Notes: generated from the sequence alone by a model not told the origin. Positions 20,241-30,734 are shown, counted from the stretch's first letter. The stretch: DNA of 64,000 nucleotides from Oscillospiraceae bacterium (GCA_009778065.1 WRKM01000005.1:26267-90266), one strand, 5' to 3'. Program-made: numbers and translations.

Positions 20241-21082
20241 AAACAAGAAATATTATTACTAACACCTTAGTTTATTTCGTCCTTGCCGTGCTTTCGGTTA
20301 TTTGGCTGCTCCCGATTGCCTACCTTGTGATGACTTCGTTCAGAGGCGAATCGGGTGCATGGTTAGACGGGTATGTTATTCCGAAAGAGTGGACATTCGG
20401 TAATTATACAAAACTGTTCACCGACACAACGCTGTTTAATTATCCGCGTTGGATGCTTAACACGGTCGTCGTCGCAATTTGCAGTTGCGTCATTTCAACC
20501 TTTTTCGTGTTGTTTACGGCTTATTCCTTCTCGCGTCTGCGGTTTCGTATGCGCCGTCCGCTCATGAATGTGGTGCTTGTGTTGGGAATGTTTCCCGGGT
20601 TTATGAGTGTCATTGCCATATATCATCTGATTAAGCTAATCGGACTTGAACAGTCGTTAATCGCGCTTATACTCATATACTCAGGCGGCGCGGCGCTTAC
20701 GTATTACATAATGAAAGGCTTCTTTGATACAATACCAAGAGAACTCGATGAAGCCGCCTACCTCGACGGATATACAAAGTGGCAGATATTTATAAAAATA
20801 ACGCTTCCGCTTTCTCGTCCGGTCATCACGTACACGGTACTCACCACTTTTATCGCGCCTTTTGTTGACTTTATTATCGCAAGCGTAATTATGAAAGATA
20901 ATTACAACAACTTTACTATAGCTCTCGGTCTGTTCCGTATGCTTGAACGCGAAAATGTATTTAGGTGGTATACGGCTTTCTGTGCGGGTGCGGTGCTAAT
21001 ATCCATTCCGATTGCCGCTTTGTTTCTTATCATGCAAAAGAATTATGTCGAGGGTATTACAGGAGGCTCTGTTAAAGGTTAA
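20237..21082 (+). CDS. Sugar ABC permease (MalG-like)
   Basis: EAA loop ELDEAAYLDG; multi-TM. Confidence 0.92.
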   Translation: MKTRNIITNTLVYFVLAVLSVIWLLPIAYLVMTSFRGESGAWLDGYVIPKEWTFGNYTKLFTDTTLFNYPRWMLNTVVVAICSCVISTFFVLFTAYSFSRLRFRMRRPLMNVVLVLGMFPGFMSVIAIYHLIKLIGLEQSLIALILIYSGGAALTYYIMKGFFDTIPRELDEAAYLDGYTKWQIFIKITLPLSRPVITYTVLTTFIAPFVDFIIASVIMKDNYNNFTIALGLFRMLERENVFRWYTAFCAGAVLISIPIAALFLIMQKNYVEGITGGSVKG

Positions 21083-22656
21083 TGAAAAAAAAGATTGCTT
21101 TATTTTTAGCCGCATGTACAACGGTTTTGTCAGCCTGCCGAAATAACGTGAAAACCGTACAAGAAAGTCTCACATGGCAGGAACGGCTTTCTGTTGAAAT
21201 GGTTGGAGACGCGCTTGCGGGTGAGGTTCCCTCTCCCGCAGACCGCCCCGACGAAAACGGGCGTACATGGTATCAGGTATTTGTTTATTCTTTCTGTGAT
21301 TCCGACGGTGACGGTATAGGAGATTTAAACGGTGTTACCGAGCGTCTCGATTATATCGCTTATACCGGATTTGACGGGATTTGGCTTTCACCTATTCACA
21401 CGTCAGCCACTTATCACAAATATGACGTTGACGATTATTACTCAATCGACCCCGCCTACGGTACTATGGAGGACTTTGAGCAGTTAGTCAGCGCATGCCG
21501 CGAACGCGGTATAAAATTAATCCTCGATTTGGTAATCAACCATACCTCAATTGACCACCCGTGGTTTAAAAACAATCCGGAATACTACAATATCTTAGAC
21601 GCTCCCGGAAACGGTAACTGGAAGGCACTTCCCGATGGGCGGTATTATGAATGTCAATTCTGGGACAGGATGCCTGATTTAAACCTTGAGAGCGTTGAGG
21701 TCAGAGCCGAGCTTGAAAAGGTTTTCGAGTTTTGGTTAAACAAAGGGGTAGATGGTTTTCGTTTAGATGCCGTAGGGGAATATATTTCAGGGAACACGGC
21801 GAAGAATATAGAGGTACTGACATGGATAAACGATGCGGTAAAGGGGATAAAACCGAACGCTTATTTAGTCGGTGAGTTCTGGAATACGACGGATGCGGTC
21901 TACCTTTATTATCAAAGCGGTGCAGACAGCTTTTTCGCTTTTCCTTTTGCGGGGGCTGACGGAATCATCGCAAGAACTCTGCTTAGGGATTTATCTGCGG
22001 CAGGGTATTTAAACAGGGTTGTATCCGCGCAGAATACTATTTTGGAAAACAACCCCAACGGAACCGCCGCACCTTTCTTTACGAATCACGATATGGCAAG
22101 GGCGTCGGGGTTTTTACGCCGTGACGGAAACCTGATAAAGACCGCGTGGGGGATGTCCCTCATGCAACCCGGCGATGCTTTTGTGTACTATGGAGAAGAA
22201 CTCGCGATGTCGGGTTCGGGCAAGGATGAAAATAAACGTGTGCCGATGCTTTGGACAGCTGATGAAACAGCCCGCGGTATGACTGCGGGACCGCCTGCGA
22301 TGGACAGCGTCTCACATTCATTTCCGCCCGCCATAGAACAAATCGGAGATGAAGACTCCGTGTATTCGTATATAAGAAAAGCCGTACTGTTACGTGCAAA
22401 ATATCCGTCCATAGGACGCGGCGATATAAAAGTCTTAGAGTTGAGTTTAAGCGGCGATGCCGCTGAAAACGCAGGGGCAGTTTCGAGAACATGGAACGGC
22501 GAAACGATATTTATTTATTATAATATATCGTCCGAGACGCTGAACCTGCCCTCGCAGGGTCAGCTTACCGACTATTTGTCCGCGACAGGCTCCGCAGTAA
22601 TTCAAGGTGACAGCGAACTGCTGTTACCCGGATATACTATCGCAATAACAAAATAA
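21082..22656 (+). CDS. GH13 alpha-amylase-family lipoprotein
   Basis: Lipobox LSAC, DSDGDGIGD, LDLVINH, DGFRLDA, GE, NHD. Confidence 0.9.
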   Translation: MKKKIALFLAACTTVLSACRNNVKTVQESLTWQERLSVEMVGDALAGEVPSPADRPDENGRTWYQVFVYSFCDSDGDGIGDLNGVTERLDYIAYTGFDGIWLSPIHTSATYHKYDVDDYYSIDPAYGTMEDFEQLVSACRERGIKLILDLVINHTSIDHPWFKNNPEYYNILDAPGNGNWKALPDGRYYECQFWDRMPDLNLESVEVRAELEKVFEFWLNKGVDGFRLDAVGEYISGNTAKNIEVLTWINDAVKGIKPNAYLVGEFWNTTDAVYLYYQSGADSFFAFPFAGADGIIARTLLRDLSAAGYLNRVVSAQNTILENNPNGTAAPFFTNHDMARASGFLRRDGNLIKTAWGMSLMQPGDAFVYYGEELAMSGSGKDENKRVPMLWTADETARGMTAGPPAMDSVSHSFPPAIEQIGDEDSVYSYIRKAVLLRAKYPSIGRGDIKVLELSLSGDAAENAGAVSRTWNGETIFIYYNISSETLNLPSQGQLTDYLSATGSAVIQGDSELLLPGYTIAITK

Positions 22657-22689
22657 TAACGGAAATAAAACAATCGGGAGGTCAGGTTT

Positions 22690-24252
22690 ATGTCAGACTG
22701 GCTCAAAACAGCGATTTTCTATGAAATTTATCCTCAGAGTTTTTATGATACAAATAAAGACGGTATCGGAGATTTACCCGGAATCACAGAAAAGCTCGAT
22801 TATATAAAGGATTTAGGTTGTAACGCCCTATGGATTAACCCGTGCTTTGAATCGCCTTTTTTTGATGCGGGCTATGACATTTCCGATTATAAAAAAATTG
22901 CACCCCGTTACGGGAGCAACGAGGATATGTATCGGTTGATTGAAGAGGCTCATAAACGCTCTATTCGTGTTTTACTCGATTTAGTTCCGGGTCATACATC
23001 AATAGAGCATGAATGGTTTAAGCGGTCAATGAAATCTGCGGAATCCAAGGACAACCCTTATTTAAAACGCTATATTTGGACAGAAACACCGTGGGAGAAT
23101 TTTCAAGGAATAGAGCATATTTTCGGAGCTCTTAACGGGATTTGCGACAGGGGTTCGGTTGCTGTGAACTTCTTTTCAACCCAACCTGCTTTAAACTACG
23201 GGTTCGCAAATCCCGATAAAGAAAAACCCTGGCAATCGGCAGTCGATTCTCCCGAAGCGAGGGCAACCCTCTCTGATATAATGGACGTAATGCGGTTTTG
23301 GTTGTCTGCGGGATGCGACGGATTCCGTGTCGATATGGCTCATTCTCTCATTAAAGGCGACACGGATTATTCCCATGTCATATTGCTCTGGCAGGAAATC
23401 CGCGCTTTTCTTGATGAAGAGTTTCCTCATTCGGTTTTGGTTTCGGAGTGGGGAAAGCCTGATTTATCGTTAAAAGCGGGATTTCATATGGATTTTCTAT
23501 TGCATTTCGGTCCCTCGCATTATGTTAATTTGTTCCGTGAAAACCCATTTTTTTCGGGAGAAGCGAGAGGCGACTTAAAGGAGTTTATAAGATATTATAA
23601 AAAGGTTTGTAAAGAGGCTGACGGCAGAGGTCTAATATGTATACCGTCGGGAAATCACGATATGCCTCGTATTTCTCATAAACTTACGCCCCATGAAATA
23701 AAACTTGCCTTTGTTTTTATTTTAACCGTTCCGGGTGCACCCTTTATATACTACGGGGATGAAATAGGAATGAAATATCTTGACGGTATACCCCCGGTCG
23801 AAGGGGGTTACGAAAGGACGGGTTCGCGTTCTCCCATGCAGTGGGACGAAAGCCCGAACGCAGGATTTTCCGCCGCCGCTCCCGAAAAACTGTATATCCA
23901 AACAGACACCGATGAAAATCGCCCCAACGTGAAGCAACAGTCAGCAGACAGCAATTCCATCCTGAATGAAGTCAAGCGGCTGATTAATCTGCGAAAAGAT
24001 AATGCGATGCTCGGAAATATGCCGCCGATTGAATTTATCACGGCGGGCGAGGCGGGAGAACCGCTGATATATTCAAGGGGAGACGGAAAGGATAAAGCGT
24101 ATATTGCGATAAACCCCGCGCTAAATGCCGTAAAGGCAAAACTTTCGGAAGCTGTAAGGCTCGTTTATACCCTCGGTGAAAAACCGATTATATCAGAAGA
24201 CGGTATTCTATTACAGCCGCAAAGTGCGGTAGTTTTGATGGGAGTGGATTGA
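22690..24252 (+). CDS. GH13 cytoplasmic alpha-glucosidase/amylase-family protein
   Basis: FYEIYPQSFYD, LDLVPGH, DGFRVDMA, SE, GNHD. Confidence 0.9.
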   Translation: MSDWLKTAIFYEIYPQSFYDTNKDGIGDLPGITEKLDYIKDLGCNALWINPCFESPFFDAGYDISDYKKIAPRYGSNEDMYRLIEEAHKRSIRVLLDLVPGHTSIEHEWFKRSMKSAESKDNPYLKRYIWTETPWENFQGIEHIFGALNGICDRGSVAVNFFSTQPALNYGFANPDKEKPWQSAVDSPEARATLSDIMDVMRFWLSAGCDGFRVDMAHSLIKGDTDYSHVILLWQEIRAFLDEEFPHSVLVSEWGKPDLSLKAGFHMDFLLHFGPSHYVNLFRENPFFSGEARGDLKEFIRYYKKVCKEADGRGLICIPSGNHDMPRISHKLTPHEIKLAFVFILTVPGAPFIYYGDEIGMKYLDGIPPVEGGYERTGSRSPMQWDESPNAGFSAAAPEKLYIQTDTDENRPNVKQQSADSNSILNEVKRLINLRKDNAMLGNMPPIEFITAGEAGEPLIYSRGDGKDKAYIAINPALNAVKAKLSEAVRLVYTLGEKPIISEDGILLQPQSAVVLMGVD

Positions 24253-24259
24253 ACACGGT

Positions 24260-24904
24260 ATGAATGAATTGCAGAAAATATATCAAACCTTGCTTACCCG
24301 TTACGGCGATTTAGACTGGTGGCCTACAGTGACGGGTTCGCCTTATGAAATAATCGTCGGTGCGGTACTTACACAGAATACTGCATGGCATAATGTAGAA
24401 AAGGCGATTAGTAACTTTAAAAATAACTTAACACCTCAAATCGTCTCAAGCATGAATATGACAGAGCTTGCCGAAATTATTCGTCCTGCGGGATTTTTCA
24501 ATCAAAAAGCGGTCTATTTAAAAGAGATAACCAAATGGTATGCGGGATATAACTTTGACGCCGCCGCCGTTAGGCGTGATTCTCCCGAAGAATTACGGGC
24601 AGGGCTTTTAAAGGTAAAGGGCGTAGGAAAAGAAACAGCTGACTCGATTTTATTATACGCTTTCGGGTTTCCGACTTTTGTTACAGATGCTTATACAGTC
24701 AGGCTTTGTGAGCGTTATCCGATAAACGTCGAAAAAAATTATGACATGATTAAAGCGTGTTTTGAGGAGGCTCTGCCTAAGAGCGAAAAGGTTTATAACA
24801 ATTACCATGCCCTCATTGTAATAAACGGGAAGAACCATTGCCGAAAAAAGCCCGTTTGTAACGGCTGTCCGCTTTTTAGCGGATGTAAGAGGAAAAATAT
24901 TTGA
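24260..24904 (+). CDS. Endonuclease III-related HhH-GPD glycosylase with 4Fe-4S loop
   Basis: GAVLTQNTAW, VKGVGKETAD, C-terminal C-x6-C-x2-C-x5-C. Confidence 0.88.
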   Translation: MNELQKIYQTLLTRYGDLDWWPTVTGSPYEIIVGAVLTQNTAWHNVEKAISNFKNNLTPQIVSSMNMTELAEIIRPAGFFNQKAVYLKEITKWYAGYNFDAAAVRRDSPEELRAGLLKVKGVGKETADSILLYAFGFPTFVTDAYTVRLCERYPINVEKNYDMIKACFEEALPKSEKVYNNYHALIVINGKNHCRKKPVCNGCPLFSGCKRKNI

Positions 24905-24929
24905 CAATCTGCTGTTTTTGTTGTATAAT
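24901..24929 (+). promoter_or_regulatory. Consensus sigma70 promoter of bioY, overlapping the upstream stop codon
   Basis: TTGACA, 17 bp, TATAAT. Confidence 0.85.
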
Positions 24930-24961
24930 CTACCTATTAAAAAGATTCGGAGACATATTCT

Positions 24962-25525
24962 ATGAACAAAATAAAATTTTCAACCCGAAACATTTGCCTA
25001 ATCGGGATTTTTGCGGCGGTTATAGCCGTCATGGCACAAATCAGTTTTCCCTTACCCGGAGGTATACCCGTTACATTACAGACTTTTGCGATTATGCTTG
25101 CGGGGATTGTACTCGGTGCAAGAAAAGGGGCGGTTGCTGTTTTAGTATATGTATTGCTCGGTGCGGTCGGCGCACCTGTTTTTGCGGGATTTGGCGGAGG
25201 ACTCGGTATTATCGTCGGCAGAACGGGCGGATTTATTGTTACGTTCCCGCTGTTAGCGTTATGTGCGGGAATCGGCGAGGGAATGTACAGCCGCGGACGC
25301 GCCATCGGCAAGGTTTGGCTTTTTTCATGGCTCGCCGTAGGTGTTTTGGTTAATTATCTGTTCGGGTTGCTGTGGTTTAGTCATATTACATCTTTCGATT
25401 TGCTGACCTCATTATCCTATTGTATTGTCCCTTTTATTCCGGGGGATGCATTGAAGCTGATTTTGGCGGCTGTCGCGGGAAGGCAGTTAAAAACCGCACT
25501 TTTAAAAGGCAAGGTAATTGTATAA
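24962..25525 (+). CDS. bioY: Biotin transporter S-component BioY
   Basis: PVTLQTFA, YVLLGAVGAPVFAG, TGGFI, PFIPGD. Confidence 0.95.
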   Translation: MNKIKFSTRNICLIGIFAAVIAVMAQISFPLPGGIPVTLQTFAIMLAGIVLGARKGAVAVLVYVLLGAVGAPVFAGFGGGLGIIVGRTGGFIVTFPLLALCAGIGEGMYSRGRAIGKVWLFSWLAVGVLVNYLFGLLWFSHITSFDLLTSLSYCIVPFIPGDALKLILAAVAGRQLKTALLKGKVIV

Positions 25526-25535
25526 TACAAAAAAC

Positions 25536-25568
25536 ATGCTGTTGACCGTTTCTAACGGTTAACAGCAT
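25536..25568. terminator. Bidirectional hairpin between convergent bioY and serine hydrolase
   Basis: 15-bp stem ATGCTGTTGACCGTT-TCT-AACGGTTAACAGCAT. Confidence 0.7.
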
Positions 25569-26511
25569 TAAAATCGGCGACCTGCTCGTATATGTCTCGC
25601 GCCATTGCAATAATGGCGGGGCGGGCGGCGGAGTAGGTATGCTCAGAATACGGCGAGAATGAATAAAAAACAAGTGCGTAAGCAAACTCAATTTTATTAT
25701 CGGAATCATAACTTATAACAATTGCCATGTCGTGGTCAGCCGTGTCGTCTCCGTCAACGAAAGAACCCGTCTTATTAGCCACCTTGACACTCGCAATATC
25801 AGCGGTGGCGGCGGGTATTTTATCGCGTGAATACGTAGTACCGAACATTATTTCAAGCATTCGGTCATAAGGCTCTTCGTCCTTGTTCCGATAAAGCTTA
25901 ACTAAGAAGTCAACCGTGTCTTCCACACTTGTTTGGTTATATTTGTTTTCGTGGTTATATCCTCTCCAGTCGGAATAAAGACGAGTATGCTTATAATTGT
26001 CCTGAAGCCATTCATCTATAGCGGCACGTCCGAAACGCGCTATTATCGAACCCGTGCTTTCGTTGCATGAAACTTGAATCATTTGGTTTATCAGAGTCAG
26101 CAGAGTTGTACCGTCTACTATTTCGTCAAGGCTTGCGTTTCCCGCTTTAACCTGCAAAAAGGCGTATTCCATGACCATGGCTTTTATTGTACTCGCGGGA
26201 TGAATAGTACCCGGGTCGTCTTCGTATCTGTAACCGTTCGGGTCCATTAAATCCGCCATACCGATATAAACCTTTCCGTGTTCTTCGCCAAGCAGTTTTT
26301 TTGCGTTTGTTATATAATCCGGCGGCGGTATCTTGTTTACGGGGGGGTCTTCGGATGAGGGTTCTTCTGTTTTATTAATTTCGCTGTCGGACGTAGGGGT
26401 ATTAACGGTCAGTCCACCGCTCTCAACCTTCAGTTCTTTCCCACAGCCCGGTATACATATCATCCCGAAAATTAATGCCGCCGTTAATGGAACCGATACG
26501 AGTTTTTTCAC
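25552..26511 (-). CDS. Serine hydrolase lipoprotein, class A beta-lactamase/PBP-like fold
   Basis: Signal peptide ending IPGC, ASTIK (SxxK), SCN, KTG. Confidence 0.85.
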   Translation of the reverse strand: MKKLVSVPLTAALIFGMICIPGCGKELKVESGGLTVNTPTSDSEINKTEEPSSEDPPVNKIPPPDYITNAKKLLGEEHGKVYIGMADLMDPNGYRYEDDPGTIHPASTIKAMVMEYAFLQVKAGNASLDEIVDGTTLLTLINQMIQVSCNESTGSIIARFGRAAIDEWLQDNYKHTRLYSDWRGYNHENKYNQTSVEDTVDFLVKLYRNKDEEPYDRMLEIMFGTTYSRDKIPAATADIASVKVANKTGSFVDGDDTADHDMAIVISYDSDNKIEFAYALVFYSFSPYSEHTYSAARPAIIAMARDIYEQVADFNAVNR

Positions 26512-26724
26512 ATTTCGTTCCCCTTTAATTTAATATCTTTAATTTTATCATATGCAGGCGTCTTTTTCTATTTGCGATTTGCACATAAACGGACGCATGA
26601 ATATATAGTATATGTATATATTGCACAAAAGGCTTGTTAAGCTTTAAAAAACCTTTTCAACCGCAAAAAAATATGTTATAATAAAAAAGTGTTTTTGTAA
26701 CTTAATAAAAATAAAATATGGAAA

Positions 26725-28467
26725 GTGGGAAAAAGAATGAAAGAACTGCTTCTTGGCAATCATGCGATTGCCACGGGTTTGTATGAAGCCGGTGTAGAGC
26801 TTGTTTCAAGCTATCCCGGAACACCCAGCACTGAAATAACCATGTACTGTGCGAATTTTAAAGACGAGGGGTTGTATGCCGAATGGTCGCCTAATGAAAA
26901 GGTCGGCGTGGAGGTCGCATTCGGAGCGAGCTTAGCGGGTGCGAGGGCGTTTTCGGGCATGAAACACGTGGGACTCAATGTTGCCTCAGACCCGTTGTAC
27001 ACAGCATCGTATACGGGCGTTAATGCGGGTTTGGTTTTAGCCGTGGCGGATGACCCCGGAATGCACTCGTCACAAAATGAGCAGGACTCACGAAATCACG
27101 CAATCGGTGCGAAGGTACCTATGCTTGAGCCATCGGACTCCAAAGAATGTCTCGAATTTACAAAGCTGGCGTTTGATATATCGGAGGAATTCGATACTCC
27201 TGTGTTAATCAGGCTATCCACAAGAATATCTCACTCCCAGGGGATAGTGGAAAAAGGCGAGCGTAAGGTTATAAATAAAGAGCCGTATAAAAAAGACATA
27301 CAAAAATATGTAATGATGCCCGCTCATGCCAGACCTAAGCATAATATGGTTGAAGAGCGTACAAGAAAACTTACGGAATACGCTGAAACCTCTCCGCTCA
27401 ATACTGTGGAGATTAATGAAAATGCTGAATTCGGTATAATTACATCGGGTATAGCCTACCAATACTCAAAGGAAGCCTTCGGCGACAGCGCGAGTTATTT
27501 AAAGCTCGGTCTCGTAAATCCGCTACCCGTAAAACTGATAAAGGATTTCGCCGCAAAAGTAAAAAAGCTTTACATAGTAGAAGAGCTTGACCCCGTTATT
27601 GAAACCCACTGTCGTTTTATAGGACTCGACCCGATAGGAAAGTCTCTTTTCACTAATATAGGCGAGTTCTCACAGAACTATTTGCGTGAGAGAATAACAG
27701 GTAAACAACCCGAGTACAAAGAATTTTCCGAAGCTGTTCCCGTTCGTCCGCCCGTGCTTTGTGCAGGGTGTTCGCACAGAGGGGTGTTTTACGCGCTGAG
27801 TAAGCTCGGCGTGGTGGTGAGCGGAGACATTGGCTGTTATACACTCGCGGCGACGCCGCCCCTTTCCGTTATGGATTCGGTAATCTGCATGGGCGGCGGA
27901 ATCAGCGTGGCTCACGGCTTCGTTAAAGGCAGACCCGACTATGCAGATAAGACTGTAGGCGTTATGGGTGATTCGACCTTTATACACAGCGGTATTACGA
28001 GCCTTATTGACATTGCGTATAATAGGAGTAACACGCTCATACTGCTTCTCGATAACAGAACCACGGGTATGACGGGGCATCAGAATAACCCGGGTAACGG
28101 GCTTGACATTTATGACGAACCCGCTCCCGCAGTTGACTTTGAGGCACTTTGCAAATCCATAGGTATAAACAGAGTTACCACGGTTCGACCCGATAATATT
28201 GAAAGGGTAGAAAGTGTTTTGAAAGAATATTTAGCTCTGACTGAACCCGCCGTTATTATATTTAAAATGCCCTGCGCGCTTTTAAAAACCTCAAAGCATA
28301 ATCCGCCCGTAAAATGCGACACGGAGAAATGCACGGGTTGCAGACTTTGTATGAGAATCGGTTGTCCCGCTTTATCCATAAAAAATAAAAGAGCAGTCGT
28401 CAACAACACCCTTTGCGTAGGATGCGGACTATGTTCGCAGTTGTGTAAATTTAACGCCTTTTCGTAA
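26725..28467 (+). CDS. iorA: Indolepyruvate:ferredoxin oxidoreductase alpha subunit
   Basis: SSYPGTPSTE, MKHVGLNVA, LCAGCSHR, GDIGCY, GDSTFIHSG, two C-terminal 4Fe-4S motifs; start may be ATG 26737. Confidence 0.95.
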   Translation: MGKRMKELLLGNHAIATGLYEAGVELVSSYPGTPSTEITMYCANFKDEGLYAEWSPNEKVGVEVAFGASLAGARAFSGMKHVGLNVASDPLYTASYTGVNAGLVLAVADDPGMHSSQNEQDSRNHAIGAKVPMLEPSDSKECLEFTKLAFDISEEFDTPVLIRLSTRISHSQGIVEKGERKVINKEPYKKDIQKYVMMPAHARPKHNMVEERTRKLTEYAETSPLNTVEINENAEFGIITSGIAYQYSKEAFGDSASYLKLGLVNPLPVKLIKDFAAKVKKLYIVEELDPVIETHCRFIGLDPIGKSLFTNIGEFSQNYLRERITGKQPEYKEFSEAVPVRPPVLCAGCSHRGVFYALSKLGVVVSGDIGCYTLAATPPLSVMDSVICMGGGISVAHGFVKGRPDYADKTVGVMGDSTFIHSGITSLIDIAYNRSNTLILLLDNRTTGMTGHQNNPGNGLDIYDEPAPAVDFEALCKSIGINRVTTVRPDNIERVESVLKEYLALTEPAVIIFKMPCALLKTSKHNPPVKCDTEKCTGCRLCMRIGCPALSIKNKRAVVNNTLCVGCGLCSQLCKFNAFS

Positions 28468-28518
28468 AAATAAAACAGAAATAAAATTATAAAATTAATT
28501 GTATACGGAGGAAATGTT

Positions 28519-29649
28519 ATGGAATCGAATAAAAAGTTAAATCCTGCGGGGCTTCTGTTTTTGCTGATAGGAACAGCTGTTACGGGTTCAATAATCAGCT
28601 TTGTTTATCTGTTGATAAACCGGTATTCCCCGTATATTCAACTTTGTGTATTATCAGCGGCTTTTTTCGGCATTTTAGTGGGCGTTGTCGTAAAGCTGAT
28701 TATTAAACTGTTTAAAATAAAGTCAGTTGCACCCGCTGTTCTCGCCGTTATTTTGGGTTGTTTTGGGTTTTCGTATTTTAAATGGGCTTTATATGTTGCG
28801 ACCGACGCTTCAAGCGAGTTCAGTGAGAGCTACATTTATTGGTACGCGCATTATTTTGTTGATGACTTTTTGGACGAGGACGGAAATCTTTATTCCGATT
28901 CTGAACTACAGGATATTATTACCGACATGAGAGAAATGAGTGCATATGATTATATAATAGCATATGGGCAGGAAGATTTATGGGACCTCAAATCGTGGGC
29001 TGATGAAGATTTACAGGTATTAAAAAACGAGAGCTTCTATTCCTACTGCGGACACGATATATACTTATCCTCCGGTTCAATCCCCGCCGCCGCCGGAACT
29101 GTAAAAGATGAGTACGGCTACAGTTGGTATAACTATTATCTGTATTTCAATGAGCATTACGATTATCCTACGGCGACTTATTATATGGCAAATCCGGGCG
29201 AGTTGTTTGATACGATAGTCAAAATAAACGCCGAGGGACGTTGGGGGTTCACCGACGCCGATTCTAACGTGAACGGTTTATTTCTCTGGGTTTTATGGGC
29301 GGCTGAGTTTATTATAATATGTTTTATCGCCGTAGTTATGGTACCCGCAGGAATCAAGGCGCTTGAACCGCCCGTTGCGGAAACCGCGCTTGAGGGAATG
29401 AGAATAAATCAAAACAATCCGCCTGTAAAAGGTTCGGTAAGTCAAACGGCATGGAACAGTGACGGTATCGGGGGTGCATCACCAAGCACAGAAGACGACA
29501 CAGATGAATTCGGCAGACCTATAGCGCAGGCGGAGAAGTATCCCGCTATGCCGCCTATACCGCCTGCAACAAGCACATCTAATGTTCAAACCGATGAATT
29601 TGTTGATGAGTTCGGCAGACCAATGGCAGAACCTGACCCGAAATATTAG
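28519..29649 (+). CDS. Hypothetical membrane protein with Tyr/Asp-rich extracellular domain and repeated DEFGRP tail motif
   Basis: Three N-terminal TMs and one late TM; GGAGG SD; no family recognised. Confidence 0.75.
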   Translation: MESNKKLNPAGLLFLLIGTAVTGSIISFVYLLINRYSPYIQLCVLSAAFFGILVGVVVKLIIKLFKIKSVAPAVLAVILGCFGFSYFKWALYVATDASSEFSESYIYWYAHYFVDDFLDEDGNLYSDSELQDIITDMREMSAYDYIIAYGQEDLWDLKSWADEDLQVLKNESFYSYCGHDIYLSSGSIPAAAGTVKDEYGYSWYNYYLYFNEHYDYPTATYYMANPGELFDTIVKINAEGRWGFTDADSNVNGLFLWVLWAAEFIIICFIAVVMVPAGIKALEPPVAETALEGMRINQNNPPVKGSVSQTAWNSDGIGGASPSTEDDTDEFGRPIAQAEKYPAMPPIPPATSTSNVQTDEFVDEFGRPMAEPDPKY

Positions 29650-29660
29650 GAGTAAATCGT

Positions 29661-30734
29661 ATGAAGGCAAGAGTTATAGAGATAGTTCCCGAAATAACGC
29701 TCTCCGTGGGTATGATAGTAAAAAACGAGGAAAAAAATCTCCCCGCCACACTTGACGCGCTTAAACCGCTCTTAGACAGCGTAAAAAGCGAACTCATCAT
29801 AACAGATACCGGCTCGAGCGATTCGACTGTAGAAATAGCCAAGCGTTATACCGATAAAATCCTGCATTTCAATTGGGTCGGCGATTTTGCCGCCGCGAGG
29901 AATGTCGGTTTAAAAGCAGCGACAGGCGAATGGTTTATGTTTTTAGATGCGGACGAGGTTTTTGATAGTGATATAAGTGAGATGACGACGTTTTTTAATA
30001 ACAGAGAATTAAGCAAGAAATATAATTCAGCCACGTTTCAGCGGAAGGATTACACCGATGCAGACAAAAAAACCTGGACTACTTTTGCGGCATACAGGAT
30101 AGCCCGCAGACATTCCGGTCTGCGTTTTGTCGGTAAGATACACGAGAATTTGTCGCCCTTTTCTGAGCCGATGTACACATTCGGTACCTTTGCCGAACAC
30201 ACGGGATATACCTACGAAACCGAGGAACAAAGAGAAGCCAAAAGAATAAGAAACCTTAAACCGATTGAAGAGATGGCGAAAAAATTCCCCAATGACCTGA
30301 GAACATTAATTTATCTCTACATAGGTCTCCCACCCGGTGAGAAAGAAGCCTGTTTATACAAAATCTTGAAAATCGCGAGAGCCAAAAAAGACGATTATGC
30401 AGAACCTGCGTTTTTAGAGGCTGTAAGATATTATTACAGTGAAGGTAATTTATCAAAAACGCTCGAATACGCTGATGAGTATTTACATCTGTTTGAAAAC
30501 AGAAAAACGTCTGTATTGCTTGACATCTACGCAATAAAATCTGCCGCACTTTCTAATTTAGGTGAAAACGAACAGGCGATTATCGGATATGAGAAGTATT
30601 TAGAATACTATAATATGTATGCGGCAGGAGGGTTAAGCAAGGCAAACGAGAGAAAAATCGCTTTAATCTTTTCTGATAAAGCGCATTGTGACTTGATTAA
30701 AACAAGGGTAGCCGAGCTTAAATCACAGATATAG
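29661..30734 (+). CDS. GT2 glycosyltransferase with helical/TPR-like C-terminus
   Basis: MIVKNEE, DTGSSD, DFAAARN, FLDADE, HENL. Confidence 0.88.
   Translation: MKARVIEIVPEITLSVGMIVKNEEKNLPATLDALKPLLDSVKSELIITDTGSSDSTVEIAKRYTDKILHFNWVGDFAAARNVGLKAATGEWFMFLDADEVFDSDISEMTTFFNNRELSKKYNSATFQRKDYTDADKKTWTTFAAYRIARRHSGLRFVGKIHENLSPFSEPMYTFGTFAEHTGYTYETEEQREAKRIRNLKPIEEMAKKFPNDLRTLIYLYIGLPPGEKEACLYKILKIARAKKDDYAEPAFLEAVRYYYSEGNLSKTLEYADEYLHLFENRKTSVLLDIYAIKSAALSNLGENEQAIIGYEKYLEYYNMYAAGGLSKANERKIALIFSDKAHCDLIKTRVAELKSQI

Noticed and set aside
25536-25568. TGTTGAC...GTTAACA next to bioY as a BirA operator
   Set aside because: It lies downstream of the gene, has an 11-bp spacer rather than about 14-16, and is fully explained as a terminator hairpin.
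25552-26511. Antibiotic-resistance beta-lactamase
   Set aside because: It has SxxK/SxN/KTG but no evident omega-loop ExxLN motif; more likely a PBP-like hydrolase.
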